A stretch of 64,000 nucleotides of DNA from a virus (Duplodnaviria; Caudoviricetes): the IMG/VR virus record IMGVR_UViG_3300020036_004254; one strand, given 5' to 3'. The notes beneath the pieces are model-generated. The model saw only the letters and a program-made list of their open reading frames with translations, was not told the DNA's origin and did not search any database. Each line of letters starts with the position of its first letter. Position 1 is the first letter of the stretch. Positions 18,139 to 27,544 of this stretch are shown here, piece after piece. A program made the position numbers and the translations under genes.

Positions 18139-19461
18139 ATGTCACTTAAGAAAAAGATGATGGGCCTACTTGAAGCATATCCCGGATACGGCAAGAACCG
18201 TGAGTCGGATTCTCCGTCGCAGGGGTCTTCAAAGAAGCCTGAGGTTCAGGTTCTAGAGAAGGGAAGCGGTGGTGGAAAGACCATCCGTAAGTCAAATGCT
18301 GGCCTTGCACCGTTGGGTGCGAAGGTTGGTGCATTTGAAGAGAAGCCATCCAAGCAGGGTAGCTCACAGGATGCTCCTTCACAAGACCTTGGCAAAGACC
18401 CGGGCGAGCCAGCATTCCGAAAGGCTAAGGGCAAGGCTGGTATTGCAATGAAGGGTCCGGTTGGTAAGGCTCCGAATTTCAAGACAGTTTCCGACCCTGC
18501 CTCTGTGGTGAACATGTCTTCATCAAAGGGTAACGTGCATCAGGAAGAAACCGAAACCGACGAAGAGTTGGTGGAGACGGAAGTCGAGGAGACAGAAGTC
18601 GAAGAGACTGAGGAAGTCGAAGAGTCTGAATTGACCGAGAAGAAGGAAGAGAAGGAAGAGGACGACGACGAAGACGAGGACGAGGATAAAGAGAAGAAGG
18701 ATAAGAAGGAAGCGTTTACCAAGCTGAAGAAGGAAGAGCTTGAGCGTGACGTTGCCAATCTTTTCTCTGAGGAAGTAGACTTGACCGAAGAGTTCAAGAA
18801 TAAGGCAACTGCGTTGTTCGAGGCCGCTGTTGTTGCTCGTGTTGCCCACGAAATGTCATTGGTTGAGGACGCGATTGCGGCCAAGGCGATTGAGATTATT
18901 GCCGAAAACGAAAATGCGCTGATTGAGAAAATCGATGCGTATTTGACGTTGGTTGCAGAACAGTGGATTGCTGACAACGAAGTCGCCGTAGAGAACATGC
19001 TTCGCACCGAGATTGCGGAGAACTTCATGGAAAGTCTACACACCTGTTTTGCCGAGAACTACATCACGGTCCCCGATGAGAAGTACGATGTAATCGGTGA
19101 AATGCAGGAAGCCTTGGATTCTCTTGCAGAGTCACATGAGGAAATTCTTAATGACGCTTCTGCCTTGGCGGAAGAGTTGATTGCGTTGAAGCGCGACAAG
19201 GTTGTCTCTCAGGTAACTGAGGGCATGGCCAAGACGCAGGTAGAAAAGTTCGTTTCTTTGATTGAAGAAGTGACTTTTGAAGACGAAGAGTCTTTCACCG
19301 ACAAGCTATCTATCGTCAAGAAGAATTTGTTCTCGGGTAGTGTTTCTGCCCCGCAGAATGTAGTGGAAGAAGTGGATGGGTCAGAGGCGATTATCTCTGA
19401 GGCAGTTGACCCCGAGATTGCGGCATTGAATGCCAAGATTTCTGGAAAACCGCGATTCTAG
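18139..19461 (+). CDS. 22: Prohead scaffold gp22
   Basis: LTEEFKNKATALFEAAV, IDAYL..VAEQW..NEVAVE, F.ENYITVPDEKYDV. Confidence 0.93.
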   Translation: MSLKKKMMGLLEAYPGYGKNRESDSPSQGSSKKPEVQVLEKGSGGGKTIRKSNAGLAPLGAKVGAFEEKPSKQGSSQDAPSQDLGKDPGEPAFRKAKGKAGIAMKGPVGKAPNFKTVSDPASVVNMSSSKGNVHQEETETDEELVETEVEETEVEETEEVEESELTEKKEEKEEDDDEDEDEDKEKKDKKEAFTKLKKEELERDVANLFSEEVDLTEEFKNKATALFEAAVVARVAHEMSLVEDAIAAKAIEIIAENENALIEKIDAYLTLVAEQWIADNEVAVENMLRTEIAENFMESLHTCFAENYITVPDEKYDVIGEMQEALDSLAESHEEILNDASALAEELIALKRDKVVSQVTEGMAKTQVEKFVSLIEEVTFEDEESFTDKLSIVKKNLFSGSVSAPQNVVEEVDGSEAIISEAVDPEIAALNAKISGKPRF

Positions 19462-19474
19462 AAATTCTGGATTG

Positions 19475-19482
19475 CATAAATA
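19475..19482 (+). promoter_or_regulatory. T4-type late promoter (CATAAATA)
   Basis: Upstream of gp23. Confidence 0.75.
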
Positions 19483-19523
19483 CTAACGTGATTCAAAAGT
19501 AAATTCATCAAAAGGAGAAATAC

Positions 19524-20831
19524 ATGTATCTAATCGAAGAGAGTAAGCTAGACACTCGTTGGGCACCAGTTCTTGAGAACGCGAAGTTCGCCCCGATTAC
19601 TAGCCAGTACCGTAAGGACGTAACGACCATCGTTCTTGAAAACCAGTTCCGCGAAGCTCGCGCACAGGAACAGATGTTGAACGAAGATGCACCAGCGAAC
19701 AACATTTCGGCTTCTGCCGGAATTGATAAGTATGACCCCATTCTTATCTCGCTTGTCCGTCGTTCACTTCCGAACTTGATGGCGTATGACATTTGCGGCG
19801 TTCAGCCGATGACTGGCCCAACAGGTTTGATTTTCGCGTTGAAGAGCAAGTACGGCACCGACCGTAGCAATACTGGTTTGGAAGCGTTGTTCAACGAAGC
19901 CGATACTGATTTCTCAGGTACAGGCACACACGCTGGTTCTAACCCTGTGGACGGTAACCCGTACACCACTGGTACTGGATTGGCAACTGCTGATGCCGAA
20001 GCTTTGGGCACAGGTGGTTCAGGTGGCTCATTCGCTGAAATGACTTTCAGCATTGAGAAGACTTCAGTCACCGCGTTGTCACGCGCTTTGAAGGGTGAGT
20101 ACACCATCGAATTGGCACAGGACTTGAAGGCGGTCCACGGTGCTGATGCCGAAGGCGAGTTGTCAAACATTCTTTCGCAGGAAATGCTTGCGGAAGTGAA
20201 CCGTGAAGTCGTCCGTACCATCTACAAGGTTGCAAAGGTTGGTGCCGCTTCTACCGCAGTACCGGGAACGTTCAACCTTGACGTTGACTCAAACGGTCGT
20301 TGGAGCGTGGAGCGTTTCAAGGGCTTGATGTTCCAGATTGAGCGTGACGCAAACGTTATCGGCCAGCAGACTCGTCGTGGCAAGGGTAACTTCATCATCG
20401 TGTCGGCTGACGTTGGCTCGGCATTGGCGATGGCAGGCAAGTTGGATTACGCAACTGGCTTGACCAACAACCTTGAGATTGATGACACAGGTAATACCTT
20501 TGCAGGTGTGTTGAACGGTCGCTTCAAGGTCTTCATTGACCCGTACAGCGCGAACATTTCAGCCGCCGCACAGTTCTACGTAGTTGGTTACAAGGGCAAG
20601 ACCCCGTATGACGCTGGTATCTTCTACTGCCCATACGTACCGCTTCAGATGGTTCGTGCGACTGACCCGAACAGCTTCCAGCCGAAGATTGGCTTCAAGA
20701 CCCGTTACGGCATGGTCAGCAACCCATTCGTCACCACGAACGGTTTGCAGACAGGAACTCCTGACGCAATGACCTTCACCGCTGGTGCCAACCAGTACTT
20801 CCGTAAGGTCAAGGTTTCGAACCTGATGTAA
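19524..20831 (+). CDS. 23: Major capsid protein gp23
   Basis: DPILISLVRR, GVQPMTGPTGLIFA, ELAQDLKAVHG, FYCPYVPLQM, FQPKIGFKTRYG. Confidence 0.98.
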   Translation: MYLIEESKLDTRWAPVLENAKFAPITSQYRKDVTTIVLENQFREARAQEQMLNEDAPANNISASAGIDKYDPILISLVRRSLPNLMAYDICGVQPMTGPTGLIFALKSKYGTDRSNTGLEALFNEADTDFSGTGTHAGSNPVDGNPYTTGTGLATADAEALGTGGSGGSFAEMTFSIEKTSVTALSRALKGEYTIELAQDLKAVHGADAEGELSNILSQEMLAEVNREVVRTIYKVAKVGAASTAVPGTFNLDVDSNGRWSVERFKGLMFQIERDANVIGQQTRRGKGNFIIVSADVGSALAMAGKLDYATGLTNNLEIDDTGNTFAGVLNGRFKVFIDPYSANISAAAQFYVVGYKGKTPYDAGIFYCPYVPLQMVRATDPNSFQPKIGFKTRYGMVSNPFVTTNGLQTGTPDAMTFTAGANQYFRKVKVSNLM

Positions 20832-20850
20832 TCTTCGGATTGCATGACAG

Positions 20851-20890
20851 AAAAGAGGGTCACCCCTTGAAAGGTGACCCTCTTTCTTTT
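20851..20890. terminator. Bidirectional rho-independent terminator
   Basis: AAAAGAGGGTCACC-loop-GGTGACCCTCTTTCTTTT between convergent gp23 and the minus-strand cassette. Confidence 0.9.
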
Positions 20891-20891
20891 G

Positions 20892-21086
20892 TTACCTGTT
20901 TTTCGAGAGTTTTTGTGCGATATTTCGCGCCTCGGTCATCATGAACATTTCTACGGTTTCTGTGAAATGTTGTTTGGTAACAACTCCTATCGTCTTTCCT
21001 TTTTCATCTATCACATGAAAACACGCAAGATTTGTCGGAGAAGTTAGGTAAAACTCTGGGCTGAGTGTTACTGTTGGTATCATCAT
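20892..21086 (-). CDS. Hypothetical protein
   Basis: AGGAG RBS; start overlaps the upstream ORF stop; last gene of a four-gene minus-strand operon. Confidence 0.7.
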   Translation of the reverse strand: MMIPTVTLSPEFYLTSPTNLACFHVIDEKGKTIGVVTKQHFTETVEMFMMTEARNIAQKLSKNR

Positions 21087-21286
21087 GTCTCCTGTTTTAG
21101 TTTATCTAGTCTTTTTTGGGATGGAACACGGGTTGAAATTGGAATGTCGATGTAATAGAGACTCTCGTAATATCTGGCAAACTTTTGAAAGTCACGAAGA
21201 GCAACATCCTCCTCAATTATCCCTTCCCCTTTTAAGAATCTGCTTAGAGCGTTCTCTTCAGAAGACGCAATGATGTAGAGTTTCAT
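21083..21286 (-). CDS. Hypothetical protein
   Basis: ATGA overlaps with both neighbours. Confidence 0.7.
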   Translation of the reverse strand: MKLYIIASSEENALSRFLKGEGIIEEDVALRDFQKFARYYESLYYIDIPISTRVPSQKRLDKLKQET

Positions 21287-21486
21287 AGAAATCTCAACTT
21301 AGTATCCATCAGTTGTTCGATGACATCCCGGGAAATGTACATTACTGTTCGAATTCCTTCGTCATCTTCTAAAAGGAGTTTGTAGGAACTTGGAACAATT
21401 TGTCCTGAAGGCCAATCTTCGGCTTTCACCTTTACTTTGGTTTGTGTGTTGTTTAGCTTCACGTGGACTGGCATAATCTTGGTCAT
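21283..21486 (-). CDS. Hypothetical protein
   Basis: AAGGAG RBS. Confidence 0.7.
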   Translation of the reverse strand: MTKIMPVHVKLNNTQTKVKVKAEDWPSGQIVPSSYKLLLEDDEGIRTVMYISRDVIEQLMDTKLRFL

Positions 21487-21517
21487 ATTATCTCCTTGCT
21501 ATTTCAGCCTAGTATCG

Positions 21518-21718
21518 TCAGGCCGATGAGACGCTAGAGTCTTTCTCTAGAAGTATTTCTTTTTCCAGTTTTCCCAAATGAACCCCCAATAGGAAAACAT
21601 TCCATGCAACTATTGGATGTCTCAAACAGAACCACCACACTCTTGGGGTGGTCAAAGTGAACCACGCAAAATGTAATGCGAGTCTCATCTTTTGACTATC
21701 CAATTCGTACCACTCCAT
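21518..21718 (-). CDS. Hypothetical hydrophobic, Trp-rich small protein
   Basis: GGGAGG RBS; first gene after the minus-strand sigma70 promoter. Confidence 0.7.
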   Translation of the reverse strand: MEWYELDSQKMRLALHFAWFTLTTPRVWWFCLRHPIVAWNVFLLGVHLGKLEKEILLEKDSSVSSA

Positions 21719-21739
21719 TCTTCCTCCCGAGAGACAGTG

Positions 21740-21747
21740 TATAAATA
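21740..21747 (+). promoter_or_regulatory. T4-type late promoter TATAAATA for gp3
   Basis: Perfect consensus. Confidence 0.8.
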
Positions 21748-21791
21748 CCCTTAGAGTAGGGTGTTCTATGGCTTACAACGGCTACACCCTG

Positions 21792-21820
21792 ATTCTATCA
21801 CCTGTCAACCCCGATGTCAA
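21792..21820 (-). promoter_or_regulatory. Sigma70-type promoter TTGACA-N17-TAGAAT
   Basis: Reverse complement reads ccccTTGACAtcggggttgacaggtgaTAGAAT. Confidence 0.8.
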
Positions 21821-21851
21821 GGGGTGTTTGTAACAACTTCCAAGGATACAG

Positions 21852-22442
21852 ATGACTGTCACGACCACGAGAAGTAAAATCGACATCTCAAATCTTCAAT
21901 GGGACCAACGTAACCCAAGTGATATCAACTACTTACGCCCCAATGGTTTCAGGTTTCTCATCCAAACCCTACCAAAAGTGACGTATTTCGTCCAAACGGC
22001 CAACATCCCGGAAATCACCCTAGGGGTGGCAGAACAGACCACCCCATACTATGACATGCCTCATCCGGGTGAGAAGTTGGTCTACGGCAATCTCGTCTTG
22101 AAGTTCATGATTCAAGAGTCTTTGGGAGACTACTACGAACTCTACAACTGGATGATAGGATTGGGCTTCCCGACAACACGACAGGAATTTATTGACTTGG
22201 TTGGGTCACAAGCCTATCGATTCCCTCTGGTCGCACAAAGTTCAGAAGGCCCTCAACTCAGCGATGCTACCTTGTTGGTCATGGGGTCAAACAACACCCC
22301 CGTGGCGGTGTTCAGCTACTTTGACTGCTTCCCGGTTTCTCTTAGCGCAGTAGAGTTTGATTCGACTGTGGAAAACCCGGAGTATTTTCAAGCAACGGTT
22401 GAGTTTAAGTTTAGACATTTCACTTTTAGTGAAGTGGCCTAA
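21852..22442 (+). CDS. 3: Tail completion/tube terminator gp3
   Basis: NYLRPNGFRF..LPKVTYFVQTANIP, PGEKLVYG, SDATL, FPVSLSAVEF. Confidence 0.9.
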   Translation: MTVTTTRSKIDISNLQWDQRNPSDINYLRPNGFRFLIQTLPKVTYFVQTANIPEITLGVAEQTTPYYDMPHPGEKLVYGNLVLKFMIQESLGDYYELYNWMIGLGFPTTRQEFIDLVGSQAYRFPLVAQSSEGPQLSDATLLVMGSNNTPVAVFSYFDCFPVSLSAVEFDSTVENPEYFQATVEFKFRHFTFSEVA

Positions 22443-22446
22443 CCCC

Positions 22447-22475
22447 TTGACAAACACGGTGTTGCCGTGTAATAT
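22447..22475 (+). promoter_or_regulatory. Sigma70-type promoter TTGACA-N17-TAATAT
   Basis: Upstream of the uvsY/uvsW operon. Confidence 0.8.
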
Positions 22476-22501
22476 TCGACATGTGATTCAGCGAGGATAT
22501 T

Positions 22502-22615
22502 ATGTTTCTTACCGAGTTTATAGACGCAGACAAAAATGAAACACCACCCCCAGTTTTTCACTGGGCGTTGTTGGTGTTGTCTATTGTGTTGCTTTTCTGG
22601 GCGGTCTACCCATAA
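22502..22615 (+). CDS. 37-aa single-pass membrane protein (absent from ORF track)
   Basis: GAGGA RBS; MFLTEFIDADKNETPPPVFHWALLVLSIVLLFWAVYP*; TAATG coupling to uvsY. Confidence 0.6.
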   Translation: MFLTEFIDADKNETPPPVFHWALLVLSIVLLFWAVYP

Positions 22616-23052
22616 TGAAGCTTACTGAGCTTGAAGCAATGTGGAAGGAAGATTGTGTCGTGAATGAACTCAATCTTGGTCAGGAGGCGGCGAGGATTCC
22701 CCGCCTTCACGCCAAGTATTTGGGGCATTTGATGCAATACAAACTTCAGCTAAGAAAGGCTGAGTCTGAGCTTTCTCACATGAAGCGAAACAAGCGGGTG
22801 TGGTATTCTGGTAAGATGTCACAAGAAGACTTGGAAAAACTCCAATGGCCCCAATATCTCTTTAGTGCCGTGCTTAAAAGCGATATGGAGCGCGTCATAT
22901 CCGAGGACGAGCTTGTCATCAAACAAATAGATAAGATTGAGTATCTTCGGAACACGGTGTATGCGATTGAGTCGATTATGAAATCGATTTCAAGTCGTGG
23001 GTGGGATGTGAAGACCGCGCTCGAATTTGAAAAGTTCCGGGCGGGACTATGA
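22615..23052 (+). CDS. uvsY: Recombination mediator UvsY
   Basis: MWKEDC..NL..EAARIPRLHAKYL, WYSGK, ISSRGWDVKTALEFEKFRAG. Confidence 0.9.
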   Translation: MKLTELEAMWKEDCVVNELNLGQEAARIPRLHAKYLGHLMQYKLQLRKAESELSHMKRNKRVWYSGKMSQEDLEKLQWPQYLFSAVLKSDMERVISEDELVIKQIDKIEYLRNTVYAIESIMKSISSRGWDVKTALEFEKFRAGL

Positions 23053-24545
23053 GGCCCGTAGTACAGGTCATTAAGAAAAATGATGTATACATGAAGGTTC
23101 AGGCAGAACCTTATGTGTTGCAAGAACTGAGCGATGCGTTTTCGTTCTTTGTTCCGGGCTATCAACACATGCCGAAATACAAGTGTGGTATGTGGTCTGG
23201 TAAAATTCAACTGCTTAACATGTGGACGGGTGAACTCTACTTGGGGTTGTTGCCCAAGCTTCATGCCTTGTGTGAACGGAACGAGTACACTCTGGACAAT
23301 CAAATCCAGATTACCGCAGATGAATTGACCTACGATGATTTCTACGCATTTGTTGAGTCGTTGAATCTCACGGCCCGTGGTGAATCGATTGAGGCCCGGG
23401 ACTATCAGTTGGAGGCCGCACATCAGGCAATTGTGCGTGGGCGAACCCTGTTGTTATCACCAACCGCCAGTGGAAAATCGCTCATCATCTACATGATTAT
23501 GCGTTGGCATTTGGCCAAAGGTAGAAAGCAGTTGATTGTGGTACCAACCACCTCATTGGTTGAACAGATGACCTCAGATTTTGCTGATTACGGGTTTGAT
23601 GTGAAGCATATTCACAAAATCTACAGTGGTCAGGAAAAAGTCTATGATGCCCCGGTGATTATTAGCACGTGGCAGAGTATCTATGAAATGCCGGATTCGT
23701 TCTTTTCAAACTTTGATGTGATGTTTGGAGACGAGGCCCACCAGTTTAAAGCAAAGTCGTTGGTATCTCTCTTAGAGAAGAGTGTAGACACTCCATATAA
23801 AATCGGGACGACTGGAACCTTGGACGGAAGCAAAACCAACAAGATGGTTCTTGAGGGGTTGTTTGGGTCGGTGTTAAGTGTTACGACAACGAAAAAACTG
23901 ATGGATGCCAATCAAATTGCCAAGCTGAACATCAAGGTCTTGGTCTTGAAGTATCCAGAGGCAGTACGAAAATCCTTCCGCGATGTTGACCCAGATACCA
24001 AACGGGTTAGTAAGAAGAAATATAAAGATGAAGTTGATTTTTTGATTTCTCACCCCCAACGCAATCGGTTCATCCGTAATCTTGCTCTTGACCAAAGCAC
24101 TAACACTCTACTACTGTTCACGTATGTGGAGAAACACGGGAAGTTGTTGTACGATATGATTCAAGAGAAGGCTGGGTCGCGCAAGGTATTTTTTGTCCAC
24201 GGAAAGGTAGACACGGAAACCAGAGAACAGATTCGTGCTATCACAGAAAAAGAGACAGATGCTATTATTGTTGCGAGTTCTGGTGTGTTTTCGACGGGTG
24301 TGAATATTCGTAACATCCATAACATCATTGCCGCATCCCCAACAAAATCCCGCATTCGAAATCTTCAATCTATTGGCCGTGGGTTGCGTTTGGGAGACGA
24401 AAAAAATTCGTGTACGCTGTATGACATTGGCGACGACTTGTCATGGAAGAGCAGACAAAATCACACCTTACTTCACTTAGCAGAAAGGATAACCATATAT
24501 AATGAAGAGTCATTTTCCTACCGAGTCATCCCCGTCCCCCTTTAG
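23049..24545 (+). CDS. uvsW: SF2 helicase UvsW
   Basis: RDYQ, SPTASGKS, GDEAH, LQSIGRGLR. Confidence 0.95.
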   Translation: MRPVVQVIKKNDVYMKVQAEPYVLQELSDAFSFFVPGYQHMPKYKCGMWSGKIQLLNMWTGELYLGLLPKLHALCERNEYTLDNQIQITADELTYDDFYAFVESLNLTARGESIEARDYQLEAAHQAIVRGRTLLLSPTASGKSLIIYMIMRWHLAKGRKQLIVVPTTSLVEQMTSDFADYGFDVKHIHKIYSGQEKVYDAPVIISTWQSIYEMPDSFFSNFDVMFGDEAHQFKAKSLVSLLEKSVDTPYKIGTTGTLDGSKTNKMVLEGLFGSVLSVTTTKKLMDANQIAKLNIKVLVLKYPEAVRKSFRDVDPDTKRVSKKKYKDEVDFLISHPQRNRFIRNLALDQSTNTLLLFTYVEKHGKLLYDMIQEKAGSRKVFFVHGKVDTETREQIRAITEKETDAIIVASSGVFSTGVNIRNIHNIIAASPTKSRIRNLQSIGRGLRLGDEKNSCTLYDIGDDLSWKSRQNHTLLHLAERITIYNEESFSYRVIPVPL

Positions 24546-24972
24546 GGACGATGGAGAGGAGTTTTTTAAGGTCATTCGCTTAAAGACCGGAGAAAACATC
24601 CTCTGCACCATGAGCCGAAACGTTACCTCGGTTGCGTCTGAATCCTACCTTACGTTACACAAGCCTGTGTTGGCGGTGTTGCACAAACAGATGACTAAGG
24701 CAGAGAGTGTTGTGGGAGAGCTATTCCTTCTGCGTCCGTGGATTGGGTGTAGCAATTCCACCGATTTTGTTATGCCCACAGACATCATTTTGACGATGGG
24801 TGACCTTACAAAAACAATGAAGTTCGAATATCTTAAATATTTGGAAGAGTTGGAGGATGCACAAAAATTCATCGATAGGGAAGAGGATGAACGCGCCATG
24901 AACACGGCGATTTACAACCTGTTGACCGATGTCAACCCGGGTAAGCCGATTCATTTTCTTAATGATAACTAG
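24502..24972 (+). CDS. Hypothetical protein (Sm-like, common between uvsW and gp55)
   Basis: KVIRLKTGENILC N-terminus; synteny; start uncertain. Confidence 0.65.
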   Translation: MKSHFPTESSPSPFRDDGEEFFKVIRLKTGENILCTMSRNVTSVASESYLTLHKPVLAVLHKQMTKAESVVGELFLLRPWIGCSNSTDFVMPTDIILTMGDLTKTMKFEYLKYLEELEDAQKFIDREEDERAMNTAIYNLLTDVNPGKPIHFLNDN

Positions 24973-24979
24973 GAGATAT

Positions 24980-25528
24980 ATGAAAAAGGAACGGATTCAT
25001 TATATAGACAATGAACGATTTTTGCAAGAGTTAAAGAAGCATGGGGTTGCAGTACGACGGGCGAAACGATTGAAACAAGAACTCCCGCTTCTCTCCGAAT
25101 ATATTGGAGAATGTTTTATCAAAATCGCCACCAATATGGCACACCGCCCAAACTTCAATAATTACACATTTCTTGATGAAATGATATCAGACGGCATAGA
25201 AAACTGTTTGATTTATGTCAACAACTTTAGTCCAAAGAAATCTACCAATGCCTTTGCTTATTTTAGCCAGATTGTGTGGTATGCTTTTATTCGGAGAATA
25301 CAGAAAGAAAAGCGTCAACTCAACACCAAGTATCGATACATCGAAACATTGGGCGTCGAAGACATCATTCGGCAAGCCCATGACGAGGGTGAATACGAGA
25401 CGCCTTACATCGATTATTTGAAGAATCAAATAACCCAAGCTAGTGTGGAATTGGGTGAACAGCGGGAAAAGGCCCCCGAAATGACAAAGCGGCCTAAATA
25501 CATGACCAAGGCTAAAAAAACCAAGTGA
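24980..25528 (+). CDS. 55: Late-transcription sigma factor gp55
   Basis: HYIDNERF, YIGECFIKIA, RPNFNNYTF..EMISDGIENC, NAFAYFSQI.WYAFIRRIQKEK. Confidence 0.95.
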   Translation: MKKERIHYIDNERFLQELKKHGVAVRRAKRLKQELPLLSEYIGECFIKIATNMAHRPNFNNYTFLDEMISDGIENCLIYVNNFSPKKSTNAFAYFSQIVWYAFIRRIQKEKRQLNTKYRYIETLGVEDIIRQAHDEGEYETPYIDYLKNQITQASVELGEQREKAPEMTKRPKYMTKAKKTK

Positions 25529-25536
25529 GGTAGATT

Positions 25537-26064
25537 ATGAGCAGACTGTTAAATGTTATGATAGACTTAGAGACAATGAGTACGGCACCAAACGCCGCGA
25601 TTGTTTCTATTGGTGCGGTCAAGTTCTCGTTGAACGATGATGCCCCAAATCCCATTGTAGACAGCTTCTATTGCACCATCGACGCCAAGAGTTGTACGGC
25701 GGTTGGTCTACAGATTAGTAAGGCAACGGTAGAGTGGTGGTCCAAACAGCCACGGTCGGTAATGGATGCTCTCCGCAAAGACGCCAAGCCATTGAAGGAA
25801 GTCCTTGTCGAATTTTCCAAGTGGTATGGCTCAACCTCTCTCCCAACGTGGGGATGTGGGGCGAGTTTTGATAACGTCATTGTTGCGTCCGCATACGATG
25901 CGGTTGGGTTGATTCGCCCATGGAAGTACTGGCACGACCGTTGTTATCGCACAATGAAGGAAGTGGTCAAGCTTCCAGAGGACGACCGTCAGGGCACTTA
26001 TCACAATGCGCTGGATGATGCCATGCATCAGACCAACCACCTATTGAAAATTCTGAAGAGCTAA
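25537..26064 (+). CDS. DEDDh 3'-5' exonuclease (DexA/Rv2179c-like)
   Basis: MIDLETMST, WGCGASFD, HNALDDA. Confidence 0.88.
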   Translation: MSRLLNVMIDLETMSTAPNAAIVSIGAVKFSLNDDAPNPIVDSFYCTIDAKSCTAVGLQISKATVEWWSKQPRSVMDALRKDAKPLKEVLVEFSKWYGSTSLPTWGCGASFDNVIVASAYDAVGLIRPWKYWHDRCYRTMKEVVKLPEDDRQGTYHNALDDAMHQTNHLLKILKS

Positions 26065-26066
26065 CC

Positions 26067-26492
26067 ATGAAACCAGCTTCTTTTTCCAAGACTTGTGGTG
26101 CGCCATTTCGGTGCATCTTCAGAGATTACAAGACAAATGGCCCCCTTTCGGGTCATGCGTTGTATGTAACGTTGAAGTTTGTCTGTGCATATCCGAGTGC
26201 GATGTCACACGACGATTTGGAACAATTTGTGTTGAACGATACGCAGTGGGCCAATCAATATTTGGAAGAACTGTTGACTGACACCGTTCTGATTTCTCGG
26301 TTTGACCCTCTTGGAAACGTCATTATCATCATGGAAACGGAGTCATTGATTGACGTTCGGTTGATGGATGACGTATCGCTTGAAGGGTTGTCCAAGATGA
26401 TTAAGGAGGACTTTTCTCTCATGCTAAACCAAAAAACAGAGGGTGTTGTGGAACTGGCTGGCGTCGAGGTTCTTGAGGCTACGTTTGCATGA
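26067..26492 (+). CDS. Degenerate QueD/PTPS-fold protein
   Basis: Aligns by eye with phage PTPS-like proteins (FR..., GHAL...KF, LEE..DTVLI..DP, LIDVR, VEV.E) but lacks the C/H metal-catalytic set. Confidence 0.5.
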   Translation: MKPASFSKTCGAPFRCIFRDYKTNGPLSGHALYVTLKFVCAYPSAMSHDDLEQFVLNDTQWANQYLEELLTDTVLISRFDPLGNVIIIMETESLIDVRLMDDVSLEGLSKMIKEDFSLMLNQKTEGVVELAGVEVLEATFA

Positions 26493-27544
26493 AGATTGCC
26501 ATTGTAACCGACACACACTTTGGGTTGCGCGGGGATTCGGAGGCGTTTGATAACGCCGCCCGTCGATTTTTCACAGACCAATTCTTCCCATACTTAGAAG
26601 AACATGACATTCAAGAAGTGTTTCATTTGGGCGACTTGTTTGATAGGAGAAAGTTTGTAAACTATCAAACGTTGCATAACTGTTTTGAATATTTCAACGG
26701 CCCTGTATCAGATTACGGATTACGTATCATTCCCGGAAACCACGATGTGTATTACAAAAACACCAATCGGGTCAATGCCATTCATTTGTTGTTGGGGAGT
26801 GACTATGACTATGATTCAAAGTACGTGATTTTCACACCAAAAGAGCTTGTAATGGGTGGAAGAAAGATTGCGATGATTCCATGGGTCACGGAAGACAATA
26901 GGGAAGAAACACTCAAGTTTCTTGAGAAAACTGACGCAACCGTGTGTATGGGCCATTTTGATATTGTTGGGTTTAAAATGACCAACGGTCAAGTGTGCGA
27001 ACATGGGTTTGATGCATCGATGTTCAGTAAGTTTGATTTGGTCTTGAGCGGACACTTTCATCATAAGAGTCACAAGGGAAACATTCATTACTTGGGCTGT
27101 CCTTACGAGCAAACGTGGGATGATTTTGGGAGTGATAAAGGATTCCACGTTCTGGACACGGATACGTTGGAGTTAGAGTTTATCAAAAATCCCAATGTCA
27201 TGCACAAGAAAATTCACTATGATGACTCTCAAGACCAGAAGATTGACGCAAAACAGTACAAGGGGTGTATGGTCAAGATAGTTGTGGTGAATAAAACGGA
27301 CTACAAAAAGTTCGATGCATTGGTTGAAAAGCTGTATGTCGCGGGTGTGCTGGATTTGAAAATCATTGAAGATTTGATTGACCTAGAGGGGTTGACTTCT
27401 GATGACACCGAGGTTAACTTGGAAGATACTGCCAGCATTCTATCCGACTACATTGATGACGCTGATATTTCTTTGGAGAAATCACGACTCAAGGTTTTAA
27501 TGAGAACGTTATATATTGAAGCACAAAATGTGGAGAACATATAA
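26489..27544 (+). CDS. 47: Recombination nuclease gp47 (Mre11/SbcD-like)
   Basis: TDTHFG, HLGDLFDRR, GNHD, SGHFH. Confidence 0.95.
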   Translation: MKIAIVTDTHFGLRGDSEAFDNAARRFFTDQFFPYLEEHDIQEVFHLGDLFDRRKFVNYQTLHNCFEYFNGPVSDYGLRIIPGNHDVYYKNTNRVNAIHLLLGSDYDYDSKYVIFTPKELVMGGRKIAMIPWVTEDNREETLKFLEKTDATVCMGHFDIVGFKMTNGQVCEHGFDASMFSKFDLVLSGHFHHKSHKGNIHYLGCPYEQTWDDFGSDKGFHVLDTDTLELEFIKNPNVMHKKIHYDDSQDQKIDAKQYKGCMVKIVVVNKTDYKKFDALVEKLYVAGVLDLKIIEDLIDLEGLTSDDTEVNLEDTASILSDYIDDADISLEKSRLKVLMRTLYIEAQNVENI

